The notes under the pieces: generated by a model
Told to the model about the DNA's origin: nothing
The model's database searches: none
The model's input: only the letters and a program-made list of their open reading frames with translations
DNA from: Mytilus edulis
Taxonomy: Eukaryota
DNA length: 64,000 bases
NCBI RefSeq assembly: GCF_963676685.1
Contig: NC_092350.1
Location: 59,768,001-59,832,000, forward strand
Direction: 5' to 3'
Position numbers and translations under genes: made by a program
In this document: in pieces, positions 11,336 through 24,293 of the stretch
Layout of the letters: each line of letters begins with the position of its first letter
Numbering within the stretch: position 1 is the stretch's first letter

Positions 11336-13041
11336 TTCAATATGAATTTTGTTCTATATAAAAATAATCTTAAAAGTATTACATGATACAAAATTAAAAT
11401 AATTTAAAAGAAAATTCCAACGGTCTTATTTATTACAGACAAACTGAGAGACAACTTGAAGCTTCGTTATAATGCATCTGGTACTAATCGTTTAGTAATC
11501 TGATCTTTTAGTGACATGCAGATCTGTAGCTGGAATTATTCATCTTCAAACTCTTCTGACCTTTTCAAACAATCATCTTTGTAAATGTAATATTCCCAAA
11601 TACATGTTTCCATTATTCCGTTCAACCAAAGCTATCTGAAAGATCAAATAAAAAAATGCAGTTCATACAAAAAAAAAAGAAAAATGTGTCTATGGGCTAC
11701 AAATGATCCTGCTCGTAAATGTGCACGTGTCAACTTCCACATTCAGATACATGTACAGGATTCAAGTAGTGAAGACAGTTTTGTGATTTTAACATTCGGT
11801 TGAGGCAAACTTAAGTTAGAGAACAGAAACATCCAGCATTGTTTATGGTTATAAATGGGCATAACCCAAGATGGTAAAAGTCTTGCAACATCTTACATTA
11901 ACCTTGTCAAAAACGAATTGTAACTTGTAAAGTAAGCAAATGTTTCAGAGAGATGTACAAGGACTGAAGGAGCAGCCGGATCTGATCGCCGTATAGATAA
12001 GATGTGCAAATGATTGTACAACTGAACATCACATATCAGGCCCTCGCTCTAAAATTCATAATATATTCCTTTTCATAGAGTAACCGATACATTGCACGCA
12101 TTCTTAAAATAATGAATTTTAAATCACTAATAACAATTCCGACCGAACTACAATACATAATTTCATGTTTGCATCACAGCTGAAGATTGACCAATCAGAT
12201 AATTAGATTGTGTTTATCTATTTGAATATTGGAGTTGAAGCAGTGACAAATCCTCGGGTTTTACCATGTATAGGTACACAAACTTAAAACTCAATTTATT
12301 TTTTGTTGAATCATTAAAATTAAATTTGAGATTGTTTTTTTCAAATCTCCTTATCATATTAGACATGTGTTTTAAAAATCTCTGTGATATCTTTTACCGT
12401 TTAGTTTTAAATTGGAATGAAAAATTGTATTTTCCCATAGAGTTTGAGGTAAAATCCTGAGAATTTCACCTCCTAGAAATTTAAAGTGCCAGGATGTTCG
12501 AAAATATGTATTGTCAAAATACATGTATGAATTATATTTAAATTAACACTTTCAAAATCTTTAGCAATGAGATAAGAAAGAACACTTTTTATAAAACAAC
12601 AATTATGAATCTTAATTTCAGCATTCTAAGATACTTCTTTTTTTTTTTTTTTTTACCTCTAAAGATTTTCCTCAAAATGTATCCTTCACTAATGTTCTCT
12701 GTGGTTGTAGTAATTTCTGCCATTTTGTCTGCCTTCTAAACTTTTGTGTTTCTTTAAAAAAAAATCCTTTTGATAGAAGTGTCTGGTGACCTATAAAGAA
12801 CAGCGTATTATATTTTGACTGAAATGGTCATGTTATCCATGAAGATGCAGACTTTTTGTCAATTATTCTGTGTGCCAAACAGATTGCATAAGAGTGTGAG
12901 TACAGTTCTTTAGGTACTTATGAAAATGTTCAAAACTATATTTTTTTTTACATAAAATAATCTCTTGCTCGTTTATTCGTTTTTCGCAATGGTGTGTTAT
13001 TTTTTCATAGACTTATGAGTATAAATATGATCCTTTGGATT

Positions 13042-13159
13042 CAGTGGCGGATCCAGTTAGGGTTCTGTGCTTTGAACACCCTTTTTTTTTACGATCATTG
13101 GTTTTAAATTGGAACAAATGTTTAGAACCCTCTTTTAAAAATGACAGGTCCCGCCCCTG
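13042..13159 (+). mobile_element. CAGTGGCGGATCC..CCGCCCCTG MITE inserted in a Penelope-like tail fragment
   Basis: Imperfect TIRs; flanks cctttgga / ggtatctttc rejoin the tail motif. Confidence 0.55.
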
Positions 13160-16100
13160 GGTATCTTTCACTTTTTGCTAAAATAATAGGTACATTTTCC
13201 ATCCTTCTATGAAACAATTTCATAGCTAGTGTGTCCTAACAGCTGTTCTAAGACTAAGCGTAAAGAAAGTTAACTTTTTAATTTTTTAAATGTTTAAAAA
13301 TTACTTCAACTTTCACCAGTAGGAAATAATAATGAGATTACCAATTAGAAACATTATTAATATCATAATAATTAAACTTAAGATAATAAATAATATTTAT
13401 CTAATAATTTTACGTTCAAACTTATGTTCGCATGTTTTCAGATACCATCTCCAATATAAAAAAAATCACATCATGAAAAAATTAACTTGTTATGTGTTCC
13501 TCTTCTACTAGCTTCAAAATGTATCCAAAATCAAGAATGTGGAACATACTCTATCTGACATAATCATTTAGTAACTGATGCAATTAGTGTCTCGAGCTCT
13601 TTTATGCCCGTCTTGAACATAAAAAACTAAATATAAAATAAACAACTCTGCTAATGCTCAGGTTGGTTGTCATATTATGAAACATAGTTAATAATATAGA
13701 AACCAATGGGGATAACAAAGAACTTCTTTAGTCATACAAAACACAGTCAAAAACCTAAACATACTATCCACACTGATCTGTGTCCACACTTGTAGTATAT
13801 AAATTTATCTTTGTGATATAACAAATTGTCAGAGTAGTAAAGTCAAATTTAGTTATAGCATTAAGCTTTGCTTCATGATACACCTCTTTCTTTAATGATA
13901 TGATTATCGTTATCATAATCAGTTTTGGAGTTCCATAAATGTTTTATTCCAAATTGTACTTGTTTATTATGGAGTGATCGATATTATTCTTATGCAGTGC
14001 TATCGTAAAAAAAATATGCAAATTGATTCGCAGATGCGGATCGATCGAGGATTTGAAAAGGGACATAAGCAGAGACTTATTAAACGTTTAGTATGCATTA
14101 ATCATGTATGTCGGGTATCCACGAGGGGACCCCAGTATCCTTTACCCCCACCCCTCACCCCACCTCTAGTAAACTGAGCAAAACTAACCTCCAATTTCTT
14201 GAACTGTGATGAATGTTTCATAATCGAAACTGGAAAACTATCCCGTCTATGTTTAACTTGTCTTTCCTCCTTTTGATGTCCACTGTCTGTCATCTTCGTT
14301 GCACGTACATAGAGAGAAATACCAAGTGATCATATTATACAAAATTACAGATCAGTGTCATATAAACTGGTCCGCCGTTCCATCTATACAATGTAGCTTC
14401 GCACCGTCAGTGTAGCGATAAGTGAACACAACAGGGGTCCAGTTTAAGTGTCCTGCGTCTTGTCATTAATTATCTTGTGTTTCCATTTGAAGACTTCTCG
14501 GCATGTGGTAACACTATGGGCCTACAATCAACGTACGCGTGCATTACATAAAATTGATAAGGCTTTTAAGCCGCGTTTGTTGTAATTAGTAATAATTATT
14601 TTACAACTTCTGATAGATATGCGGCACTTGTTTGCTAACATACATTAAACAAATCGAAGGTTGTAAATTATTTGAATCTGTGTCATTTCATAGAGGTTTT
14701 TAATGTATGGTCATTTTATATCTTTCAAATAAAATAATATGCTAAACAAAAATGGACAACTACAAAATTATAATGGTCTGGATGGATGGTCCATCGATTT
14801 TGTATTCTTTTGATTTTTAAAACATTTTTTCTATTCTTTATAATTTTGCTCATTATTCTCTATTTGATCATCCTTTTATTTTCTATTCTTTATATCTTTT
14901 TTGTATATGCTATATGTTTTGTCCTTTATTCTGCGTTTCCCAGTCGCGTGATTTGATATTCTGTCAACTCCAACAAGACCCTCAAGTATTATTACCGATA
15001 AAATAGGCGTTTGAGAATGTGTATCATTTTGTCCTATTCTTTCTTTTATTTGTTTTAAAAGATTGGAAAGTAGGTATATATATATGTATGGGTGTTGCTG
15101 AATTTATGGACACTTAAGGGTGACTTGGGAATAGAATTGTCTTCATCCGCCAAAATAGAAAAAAATGTAAAACCCGTATAAAAAGTTTACCGAACTTCAT
15201 CCTGGTCTACCCTTAATTTATTACAGGTATTCCCCATGCATGGTAATACGTATGTATTGTTTTAAAATAGCTTTTCGTTCCGTGCATGCATGCATGAACT
15301 ATTTGACACTGCACGTTCTCAGTCTGCAACCACCAATCTGTCAATCAATCGATTTTATAGAAAAGATGTATCATATCTTACATCAAAACAATGTATAACG
15401 CCACCCGTTCATCTTTTTCTACAAAATGATATATGTGCGGATCACACTGCTGACATTACTAGACCACATATATGACACTTCGTCTATACCTGAGGATGTA
15501 GATGGGGGTTTACAGAATAGAGAATAATGAACAAAAAATAGAAATAATAGTATCGGAAGTATTGGAACAGAATATAAACAAACAGGAACATAAATTGTAC
15601 GGCTTCTAATTATAAATGATTACAGTTCAAACACAGCTGCATCATACATTAAAGTTAACGGTCAGTCAGACAGTCTGCTAAAGTTCACGAAAACAATAAA
15701 TTTACAAATACTTAACACTCTAGGCCAAGGCAAATTAAATACCGATCTTAGATAAGAAATAAATGTGCAAGTTTCACCCTATGACAGTTTTTAGATAAAA
15801 AAAAAAAAAAAAGACGATTTTTAAGTTTGCTGAACACATGTTTAGGCTAAAATTACGTGCATATTCAGGACTTGAACAAAATAACAATAAATCCAGTAGA
15901 TATAGGTTCGTAATGGAATGTCTTCATTGACTTTGTCTTGTGTAAAAAGCTCTTTTGAAATCCCCGCGGGTTTAAGCAACTTTGAAGTAAGTGCTTTGGT
16001 ACTTTCATAGTTTATATATTTTTTAAGTTAATTCGCCATTTATTATTTTATTATTTACATGTGAAACAATAACCCGGATAAATCATTCCAAAAACATGAT

Positions 16101-17581
16101 AGTGCTTACATTTTATAAGAGGATAACGAAATTAGAGAATTATATTTATTTAGATTGATATCCATGATGGAGCAAAGTTTCAACCACTTTTTTATGTCCC
16201 TTTTTACCATAAGATACTCGCGTCATTATTTATATAAAGAATGATGAGGATGACGATAATAACGATGTATGATGTCCAGTGGTAACTATTACATACATAC
16301 ACCCAGAATGACAACATGCTTTATGTTATTAACACGTTTTGTACTAGACAAACTGAGTCAGATGTTTTGACGCATTTTTCAGCAGATACAAATAACTTTG
16401 TAAGAAGACGTGCCAAGACGCATTATTCTAACTTCAATCGTACCAGTATTCAAATGCTTTCATTACTTATAAATGAATGTTTTCTTAACCTTCATTATTT
16501 GTTTGATAAGAGCAATGTTACAGTAATATCATGGAAAAACCATTTTTACGGAAAGCTGGAACACTGAGAAGCTAAGTCAACAGTGTAGTATTCCGGACGT
16601 CAACACCAAAAAACATCATGCAAATATATATATGGGGGATAAGTATACCATTATTTACACATCAGACTGTACTAATTATATTATAACTTTGAATACACCA
16701 AACTAAGTACTTCATATCTGAGTAACAGGCAATGTACGTCCTCAATTTTATAGAACTAATTCATAACTTTTTGTTTCATTTGTATTCATCTTTCAAATGT
16801 GTGTGTTCTGCAAGGTTCAGCAGTCCTTACCCTTTCATTTGATATATGTATCTATATTACTTACCAAAAATGATTCTGCACAGCATATAATATAGTTTGA
16901 TTTAATCACGTAAGAACTACTAAAATTTTTAAATACGTACTTCTTTCCTTTTTGATCGCACCCGAAATGGTTGGTGTAACATCTTACGAAGTCTATTCAT
17001 TGTTTTTGGCAAACTATTTCGCTCTGGCTGTTGCTAGTGGTCGTCTTACACGTGCAGTGCTGTGAGATACTTTTCGTTCCACGTTGAAGGTTTAATGTGA
17101 CTTACAGCGCTGTTCCTTTGCTTAATTTTTTAATGTGTTTTTTTTAATGTGGTTATATTCATTTTCTGTCACGGATTGATACCCAATATTCTTTTTTGTT
17201 TTTCTATGAAAAAAATGTTCCTTTACAAAACATATTGGTATATTCCAAACTTCGATTTTTTTTTAATAACGTAAATGATTTTTAATTTTAGCAAGGAGGT
17301 TATTGTGAGATATTCTAACCTAACTAAACGAAAAAGAGAATTGTAATATAAAATCTTACGATTCTAAAGTTTCTTCGAACAAGATTTGTTATCATATGAT
17401 ATGCTAATTACCCATATCATATTTTAATGACCACATACTGTGCCCATCGTGATCATATAAACCCTAATAAATTATAAACATTCGAATGTAAAATTTCGCA
17501 CGATAGATAATGACAAACAAACGACGGAAATTACATAATAAATCCACAGCGTGTATCTTAATATATTTGTCAGTACATGGA

Positions 17582-17790
17582 TAACCTAACCCGAATAATT
17601 CAGTCGTTATATTCCGCTGATCTACGAAGGCTACATTGTGTGGGAGAAAATCGGACACGGAAAGGGCTTGAATTATTCGAGTTATGGATAACCCGAATAA
17701 TCCAGTCGTTATTACTACGATCACTTCGATCACTCCATTAACCATTTCCTCGAGAAAGTAGTGGATAGGGGCGCTGAATTATTCGAGTTA
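17582..17790. mobile_element. Two nested ~100-bp MITEs with 17-bp TIRs and 9-bp TSDs (AcademH-like)
   Basis: TIR TAACYCGAATAATYCAR. Element A 17587-17684 is flanked by TGGATAACC (17578-17586, 17685-17693). Element B ends at 17790 and is flanked by GTACATGGA (17573-17581, 17791-17799). Confidence 0.85.
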
Positions 17791-19130
17791 GTACATGGAG
17801 GAAAGAATATTCAAAGATTAGGAGCGACGATTCAATATCCATTTGTGTATTGTATTTGTCGTGGTTGAAACGGCACCAGGAACATATCAGGATAGACAAC
17901 AAAAGTCTGTAAGTATCTATTTTATGTATTTATAAATATTAACATAGATCCTATAAGCCTGTCATGCCTTCTGTTGACAAATTTTCTTAACTATGCACTT
18001 TTTTAGTAGACCACCGATGTCCTTTTCGAACTAAACGAAACTCTTTGAAAAGACACACCTCAGTCGAATCTTTCTTCTCAAATGAATGCCTGAATGGTCA
18101 TCAAATTTATACTTGTTATGGGCAAAAAATGTATTAATTCTGACTGCAAGGAATTTTAAATGGTAAATAATATACATTTTATCTCGAGGGAAATGAATAC
18201 ACACTTAGACAACAGTGAATTTTTCATAAATAATATAAAATGGTAAAAGTGTAGCATACACATGATATATATCATGTGTATATCATGTGTATTAACTATT
18301 AAACTCTGGAAGAAATATAGTCAAGCATGAATACAAACTAATGGGTCCTATTTGGAAAACAATAATTTTTCTCAGAAAGGTATCTCTTTCTTCAGAGGTT
18401 TATATGAAACTTTGATGTCTGTTGTGCAGTGATGGTTTTTTTCTTTCTCCGACGCCTGTATGCGAGACATAGTAGGTATTGCAACCCGTCTGACAGTTCT
18501 CAATTGACTGCGACCTCATTTTTATGGTTCATTGGACAATTTTTAGTTGTGTGGTTGGGTCAATTTTTCGGGCATTATAAGCAATAGGTCAATAATATGT
18601 AGTGTATGGAACAACCATGACAACTGTGGTGTCATGTCTATCTGTCGGGGTTAACATGACCTTAACCTAATTGTTTGATGATAAGATGTTGTATTAAGAT
18701 CTGATTCTCAGGTACTATTAGCAACACCAGAACACACCCACAAAATCGCGGTCATATACAGCTTGTGAACTGGGATGATTTTTTGTATTAAAAAGATATT
18801 ATGTATGGAGAATTTCATAAAAAGGTATCAAAAGCCCTCTCCCTTTTTTCAAAGTCTGATATTTGTTTCCTTTCTGTTAAATTCAATAGTTTTTGTGTCT
18901 CTGGTCTCAGACCACAATTATTCTTCTCCTTTGCTACAATGCATCTTTTGGTAAACTTTGCACCGCTCCAAACATGAAATAAATGTAACTGCTTATATTT
19001 AGACCATATTAGTCTAATAAAATATGCTTCTATGACAATCCATCAGTGCTTTTTCTTTTGAGGGCATTATTAACATGCCAATGGTAGGATATGAATCTTG
19101 TATATATGACTGAACGACTAAGGCTAATTT

Positions 19131-19311
19131 GAGGGGTGGTCGGAGGGGTCCTGATCCCGAAATCCCGGGCTTAAAAACATGAAATCCCGAGATGCAGAAT
19201 TTAAAGAAATTCATATCCCGAAATCGAAAAATATATTCCCGGATCCCGCAAGGGTCAATCCCCAAATCCCGAGGTCCCGAAAAAGTCCTGATTCCCTCTT
19301 ATCCCTACCCT
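19131..19311 (+). mobile_element. Short non-autonomous element with repeated ATCCCG(A) motifs
   Basis: gaggggtgg...atcccgaaatcccg...ccctaccct; inverted relative at 22166-22307. Confidence 0.6.
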
Positions 19312-19354
19312 ACTTTCTTTTTTGCCAACTCACTACTTTCAATTTCAACAATAA

Positions 19355-19490
19355 ATTTTATGCCCCATTTTTTGGCATTGTGTTTTCCAGTCTGCGAATC
19401 TGTGCGTTCGTTCGTTTGTTCGTCCTTCCGTCTGTCCCGCTGCAGGTTAAGGTTTTTGATAAGTAAGAAAAAGGCGAGACATTTGCACTC
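19355..19490 (+). mobile_element. Internally deleted Helentron/DINE-like mini-element
   Basis: tttttatgcccc start, cgttcgttcg..ccgtctgtcc microsatellite, end aaggcgagacatttgcactc shared with 22335-22362. Confidence 0.6.
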
Positions 19491-21886
19491 ATATTTTGGT
19501 AATAAAATGTGTAAAGTGTTGACAAAAGTACATGTACCTAAATTTCAATATATTTTTGTATCAGAGTGCCGAAGGCGCATCTTTAACATTTTGAGAGGAA
19601 AATGGATATTTTGTTGAAGGGGGGAATGTGTTGGGTACATTACTTATACTTTTACCTGAGGAAGCTGCTGTTCTTTTTGAAACATGTCTTACTTGTTTTC
19701 TGGTATGTTGAATGCGGTAGGTAAAAGTATTGTCAACACCAGTCCTGTGTTTTGTTTAAAACTTAATGAAACCTGTTTTTAATTGTAATTTGTGTCTTCA
19801 GTTCGCTGTCTCCTAGGCATGAAACATTCATCTGTTTTAAGACTCTATGATTGATTGATTGATTGATCATGACTGGCTGAATGTGCAATGGCAAATATTA
19901 CATGCATATTCAGGAAGTTGGGAACGATTCATGCCAATCCTGATAAAAAATAAAGAAATATGCCTGAAGAAAAACAATAACAGAGTAAGTGTTCCTGCAT
20001 TTTAACTTCAAATATTTCTTGTAGAGTGAGAAAAATGTTATGAAACACCAGCAAAAAAGATTAGATTGTTATTCAGTCCTGACTTATACAGTTTTTCTGA
20101 AGATGGAGATTAGGTATGCAATAATGAGTTTTTAATTTGATAGAGTGTTGACTTTTAAATTGTAAAAGTTTAATGAGTTACTGTACGTTAATCCCTTTAT
20201 TGTATAAAAATTCAACAATTGCTGTTCAAGTGCATAGCATAGCCATCGTTATCTTGCTGTATCCAGAGGCAATATATATATATAAGAAGATGTGGTATGG
20301 GTGCCAATGAGACAACTCTCCATCCAAGTCACAATTTATAAAAGTAAATCATCATAGGTCAAAGTACGGACTTCAACACGGAGCAAGACTGTTATTAATG
20401 ACAATTAAGAGAGTGAATAATATTATATAAACAAAATAGACATCATAATTAAAAGAAAGACAGACAGTTTCTTCATCAAATATAATAAATTTTGGTATGA
20501 TAACTAAAAATGTTTGAAATTGTTTTGAATTTGTCGTTACTTCTTTCAGATCAGGCCTATCCAGAAGCAAGAAAAAGAACAATTCATAGCACGTACATCT
20601 ACAGAGAGAGACATGTTTTAAAAAACAAATTTATTTTCAATTTTAGAAAAATCTGTTGAACTTTTACTATTTCTTATCTGTTTATTTACATTTATATGTT
20701 GATATTTTGTTTTTTTAAATTGCTGCACAGTAATTCTATTCAGTCCCATATAACAAAATCAGCTAAAGAAATTGATATTTTCATATTTCAAGGGAGTGTA
20801 CTTTTGCATTGTTGATAGCAGATATAAGTATTGTCTTAAGTTGGGTTTAAAAACAGTCAGATCGCAACTTCAAATAATATACATTTTTATGAATGTTATA
20901 TGTCATTAAATAGACATGAAAGATGGAAAATTTTATAGGAACACATTTTTTATGACCTAAATGTATTGTCAAGGTAAATTTATTATTTGAACATATTATC
21001 AAAAACACTGCTGGTTTAAAATAAAATTATTCTATGTAGCCTAATGTAATCATACAGATCAGTATATTTTTTCCTAAACAAATTTTACATATTTTTATAA
21101 CCAGAATAAATTTATTCTGTGTCTCAACCTTAACATAATTACTGTACTATCAAAATACATTTATTTTATATATCATAATACTTTTAATCCACATTGAATG
21201 TAGAATAAATTTATTCTGTGTCGCCTCCTTAATATGATAACTGTACTTTCAGAATAAATTTATTTTATATATTATTATACAAGACAAAAATCACATTGAA
21301 CATAGAATAAATTTATTCTGTGTCTCAACCTCACCATACAGATTACATTACTTTCAAAATAAATTCATTTTATATATTATTATAATCATAAATGACATTA
21401 AATGTGAAATAAATTTATTCTGTATCACAGCCTCGCCATACAGATTACTGGACTTTCAAAATAAATTTATTTTAAATATTGTTATAATCATAAATTACAT
21501 TAAATGTAGAATAAATTTATTCTATGATTTTCTCTAACTGATAATAATATCAAGGCTCTTTATAATAAATTTATTTTATAAATGATTAAATACAGAAAGC
21601 ACCATGCATTTAGAATAAATTTATTCTAAGTTGCATCATTTACGGAGAGTTAAATGAAAATGGACAGTAAAGTGTAGAATTCAGTATAAATTTATTTTGA
21701 AATGTATCAAATAAATACTAATATAACAGAATTGTCTTTGTTTTTCATGATTTTTACTCAAATACATTGGTTATAGAATAAATTTATTACGTTCTGGTCC
21801 TATTTTTGCCTCTAATTGCACTTGTCAGAAATTAGAGTGAAAAAAGAGGAAAATTGGTTTTTTCCTTTTTTATTCTGCTCTCTGTT

Positions 21887-22362
21887 TAGGTTAACTTTAC
21901 TTGCTGTATGGAATTGTAAGTTGTACACTTCTGCCTGCCATGGTTCAGATCCTTGACCTTAGTTTCGTGGTTCATGTGTTTAGTTTTCTCGGTTAAGTCT
22001 GTTTCTTAGAAACTATTAGCATGGGTCATTTATACTTAGTGATTTATTGTAAGGTGTACATGTATTTTTTGTTTTTATTTATATGACCTTGTCCTAATTT
22101 TCTTTGACCATGTTAAGTTTATGTGATAGTTGTAGTAAAGCTTTATATTTAGGACTATCAACATAGAGGGTGGGCAGGACCTTTTTCAGGACGTCAGGAT
22201 CGGTTGGTTTTAAGCTTGTGATTTCGGGATTAACCCTTTCGGGACCCGGGATTTTTTTTTTCATTCAGGACCTCGGGATTTCATGTTTTTAAGTCCAGGA
22301 TTTTGGTTCAACATAATATCAATGATTAGTAAAGAAGGCGAGACATTTCAGCGTGTGCACTT
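21887..22362 (+). mobile_element. 3' part of Helentron/DINE-like host element
   Basis: Continues the units of 10021-10250 and ends agtaaagaaggcgagacatttcagcgtgtgcac. Confidence 0.7.
22166..22307 (-). mobile_element. CGGGAT-motif element with 8-bp TSD, nested in the Helentron-like host
   Basis: TCAACATA at 22158-22165 and 22308-22315. Confidence 0.7.
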
Positions 22363-22979
22363 TTTTCGTAATTTGAGAAATTTTAAATAATTTGAACATT
22401 TATCGAAATTTGTTGATACTATTATATTTTTTGTAGCTCGTCCGCTCCCCTTTTATATTCGTTATGTAAACAGAAAGTCACAACTGTTTTTATTTTTTAC
22501 AGGGATCACGAAACTTTTATCCTGATCCATATTGAGGCTGATAATTCTGAGCATACAATCCATCTTGATCAAAATGAATTTTGCAAGTAGCCCCAGAAGT
22601 TGGATATAGAGGGGGGTGCTATTGAGGTTACAAAAAGGGATGGTCGGATATAGGATTATTAAAATGTGGGTAATGAAATCAAGGGGACACCAAAGGTGGG
22701 ATCTGGAGAACAAACAAAAAAGATGAATTTAGGAAAAGGCGCACACCGAGTCACTCCAACCTCATTCACGTGAATGAAATGAAATCCCATCTGTAATGTC
22801 AGAATAAGATTTTAGTGTTGTTTCCTTTTTTTAGGGGGAGGACGGGCGGGCATCATAGGAAGATCTCCCATCTCTGACTCAAAATATGGAGAATTTTATG
22901 TCAAGGGTTTTATGATTCTCCCTGACAGCTTCAGACATAATAATTTTGTATCTTCTATTTTTTTAAATAGACAATCCAA

Positions 22980-23470
22980 TTGAGAAATAATGAATGGAAA
23001 TGGGGAATGTGTCAAAGAGATAATAACCCGACCATATATATAGAACAGACAACAGCAGAAGGTCACCAATAGGTCTTTAATGTAACGAGAAACTGCCGCA
23101 CTCAGAGGCGTCCTTCAGCTTGCCCCTAAACAAATATATATATACATGTACTAGTTCAGTGATAATGGACGCCATACTAAACAAATTAAAAACTAAAAAC
23201 CTAATTTAAAAATAATACAAGACTTACAGAGGCCAGAGGCTCCTGACTTGGAACAGGCGCAAAATAAGTGGGGTTAAACATGTTTATGAGATTTCAACCC
23301 TCCCCTGATACCTCTGACCAATGTAGAAAAGTAAACGCATAACTATACACCCAGTAAAATTCTGTTCAAAAGAAGTCCGAGTCCGATGTCAGAAGAGGTA
23401 ACAAAAGAAAATAAACAAAATGATAATAACACATAAATAACAACAGACTACTATAAGTTACTGACATGTC
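22980..23470 (-). mobile_element. High-copy SINE-like repeat
   Basis: Core cctgacttggaacagg (reverse complement of the CCTGT.CCAAGTCAGG core also seen at ~33160, 34755, 41580) and tail aatggaaatggggaatgtgtcaaagag. Confidence 0.6.
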
Positions 23471-23479
23471 TGTCTAACA

Positions 23480-23752
23480 GGTTTTTTTTTATCTTCTATA
23501 ATGTTCCTTGTTGGCGTTAGTTGATGTGATTCATAAGTGTTTCTCGTTCTGTATATAGATTATATCGTTGTTTTTCCCGCTTGAATCGTTTTACACTAGT
23601 CTTTTTGGGAACAATTTATAGCTTATTGTTTTATGTGAACCATGACTCTGTGTTGAAGACCGTACTTTGACCTATAATGGTTTTTATTTTAAAAATTGTG
23701 ACTTAGAAGGCAAACTGTCCCATTGGCACTCATACCACATCTTCTTATATCT
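23480..23752 (+). mobile_element. High-copy SINE-like repeat with 3' end GTCTCATTGGCACTCATACCACATCTTCT
   Basis: Further copies at ~8800-8925(+), 20282-20385(-), 28561-28765(+), 39825-39915(-), 50190-50545(+), 60540-60695(+). Confidence 0.7.
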
Positions 23753-24262
23753 AGAGAAATGTAAACTAGCTTCACATTTGAAGTTAATTTTTAGCTAAAA
23801 TGCCACCGCACATTCATTCCAAATAAACTAAAATCTGTCTCAAAATGAACAAACTTTAAGTAATCAGCAATATCAGTCTTGACAACATTAAACATATTTT
23901 GACTATACATTGACACAAAATGTACCAAATAAACCATACTATAAAAATAAAAGACCACAGGAACAATTATACACCTACATTTTAAAAACTTGTCTCCTAA
24001 AGACAGTCGTATCTAATTCCACCGAGCACTGACTCAAATGTCTGCTTCATTCCTGATTAGTTTTCCCAAAATTATGTATTTCAGTTAAAAACAGAAAAAT
24101 CGCTGCAAAATTCAACATCAACCTCGCGGGACCAACATTTAGCATTAGTAATTCTGATTGAGATTCGGAGATGTAAACCACAGCTTGTTATAGTTGTAAA
24201 CAGAGACGACGGATGCCAAATGTTAAAGCACTATTGGTATTAAAATAACTAAGTAATACTAA

Positions 24263-24293
24263 CCCCCCCCCCCCCCCCCCCCCCCGCCCCCCC
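24263..24293. repeat. Poly-C tract (poly-G, G-quadruplex-prone, on minus strand)
   Basis: C23-G-C7 followed by an A-run; a similar tract at ~58418-58441. Confidence 0.9.

Larger units (their letters stand above)
10251..21886. mobile_element. 11.6 kb foldback-type DNA element with ~0.9-1.1 kb TIRs, AAC..GTT termini and 4-bp TSD (TAGG); superfamily unassigned
   Basis: Left AACTGAGAGCAGAATAAAAAAGGAAAAAACCAATTTTCCTC; right GAGGAAAATTGGTTTTTTCCTTTTTTATTCTGCTCTCTGTT; TAGG at 10247-10250 and 21887-21890; host repeat continues across the junction; arms ~10251-11340 and ~20970-21886. Confidence 0.9.

Noticed and set aside
19014-19617. Overlapping 83-141 aa ORFs
   Set aside because: They span two non-coding repeat elements and stay open because of local GC richness.
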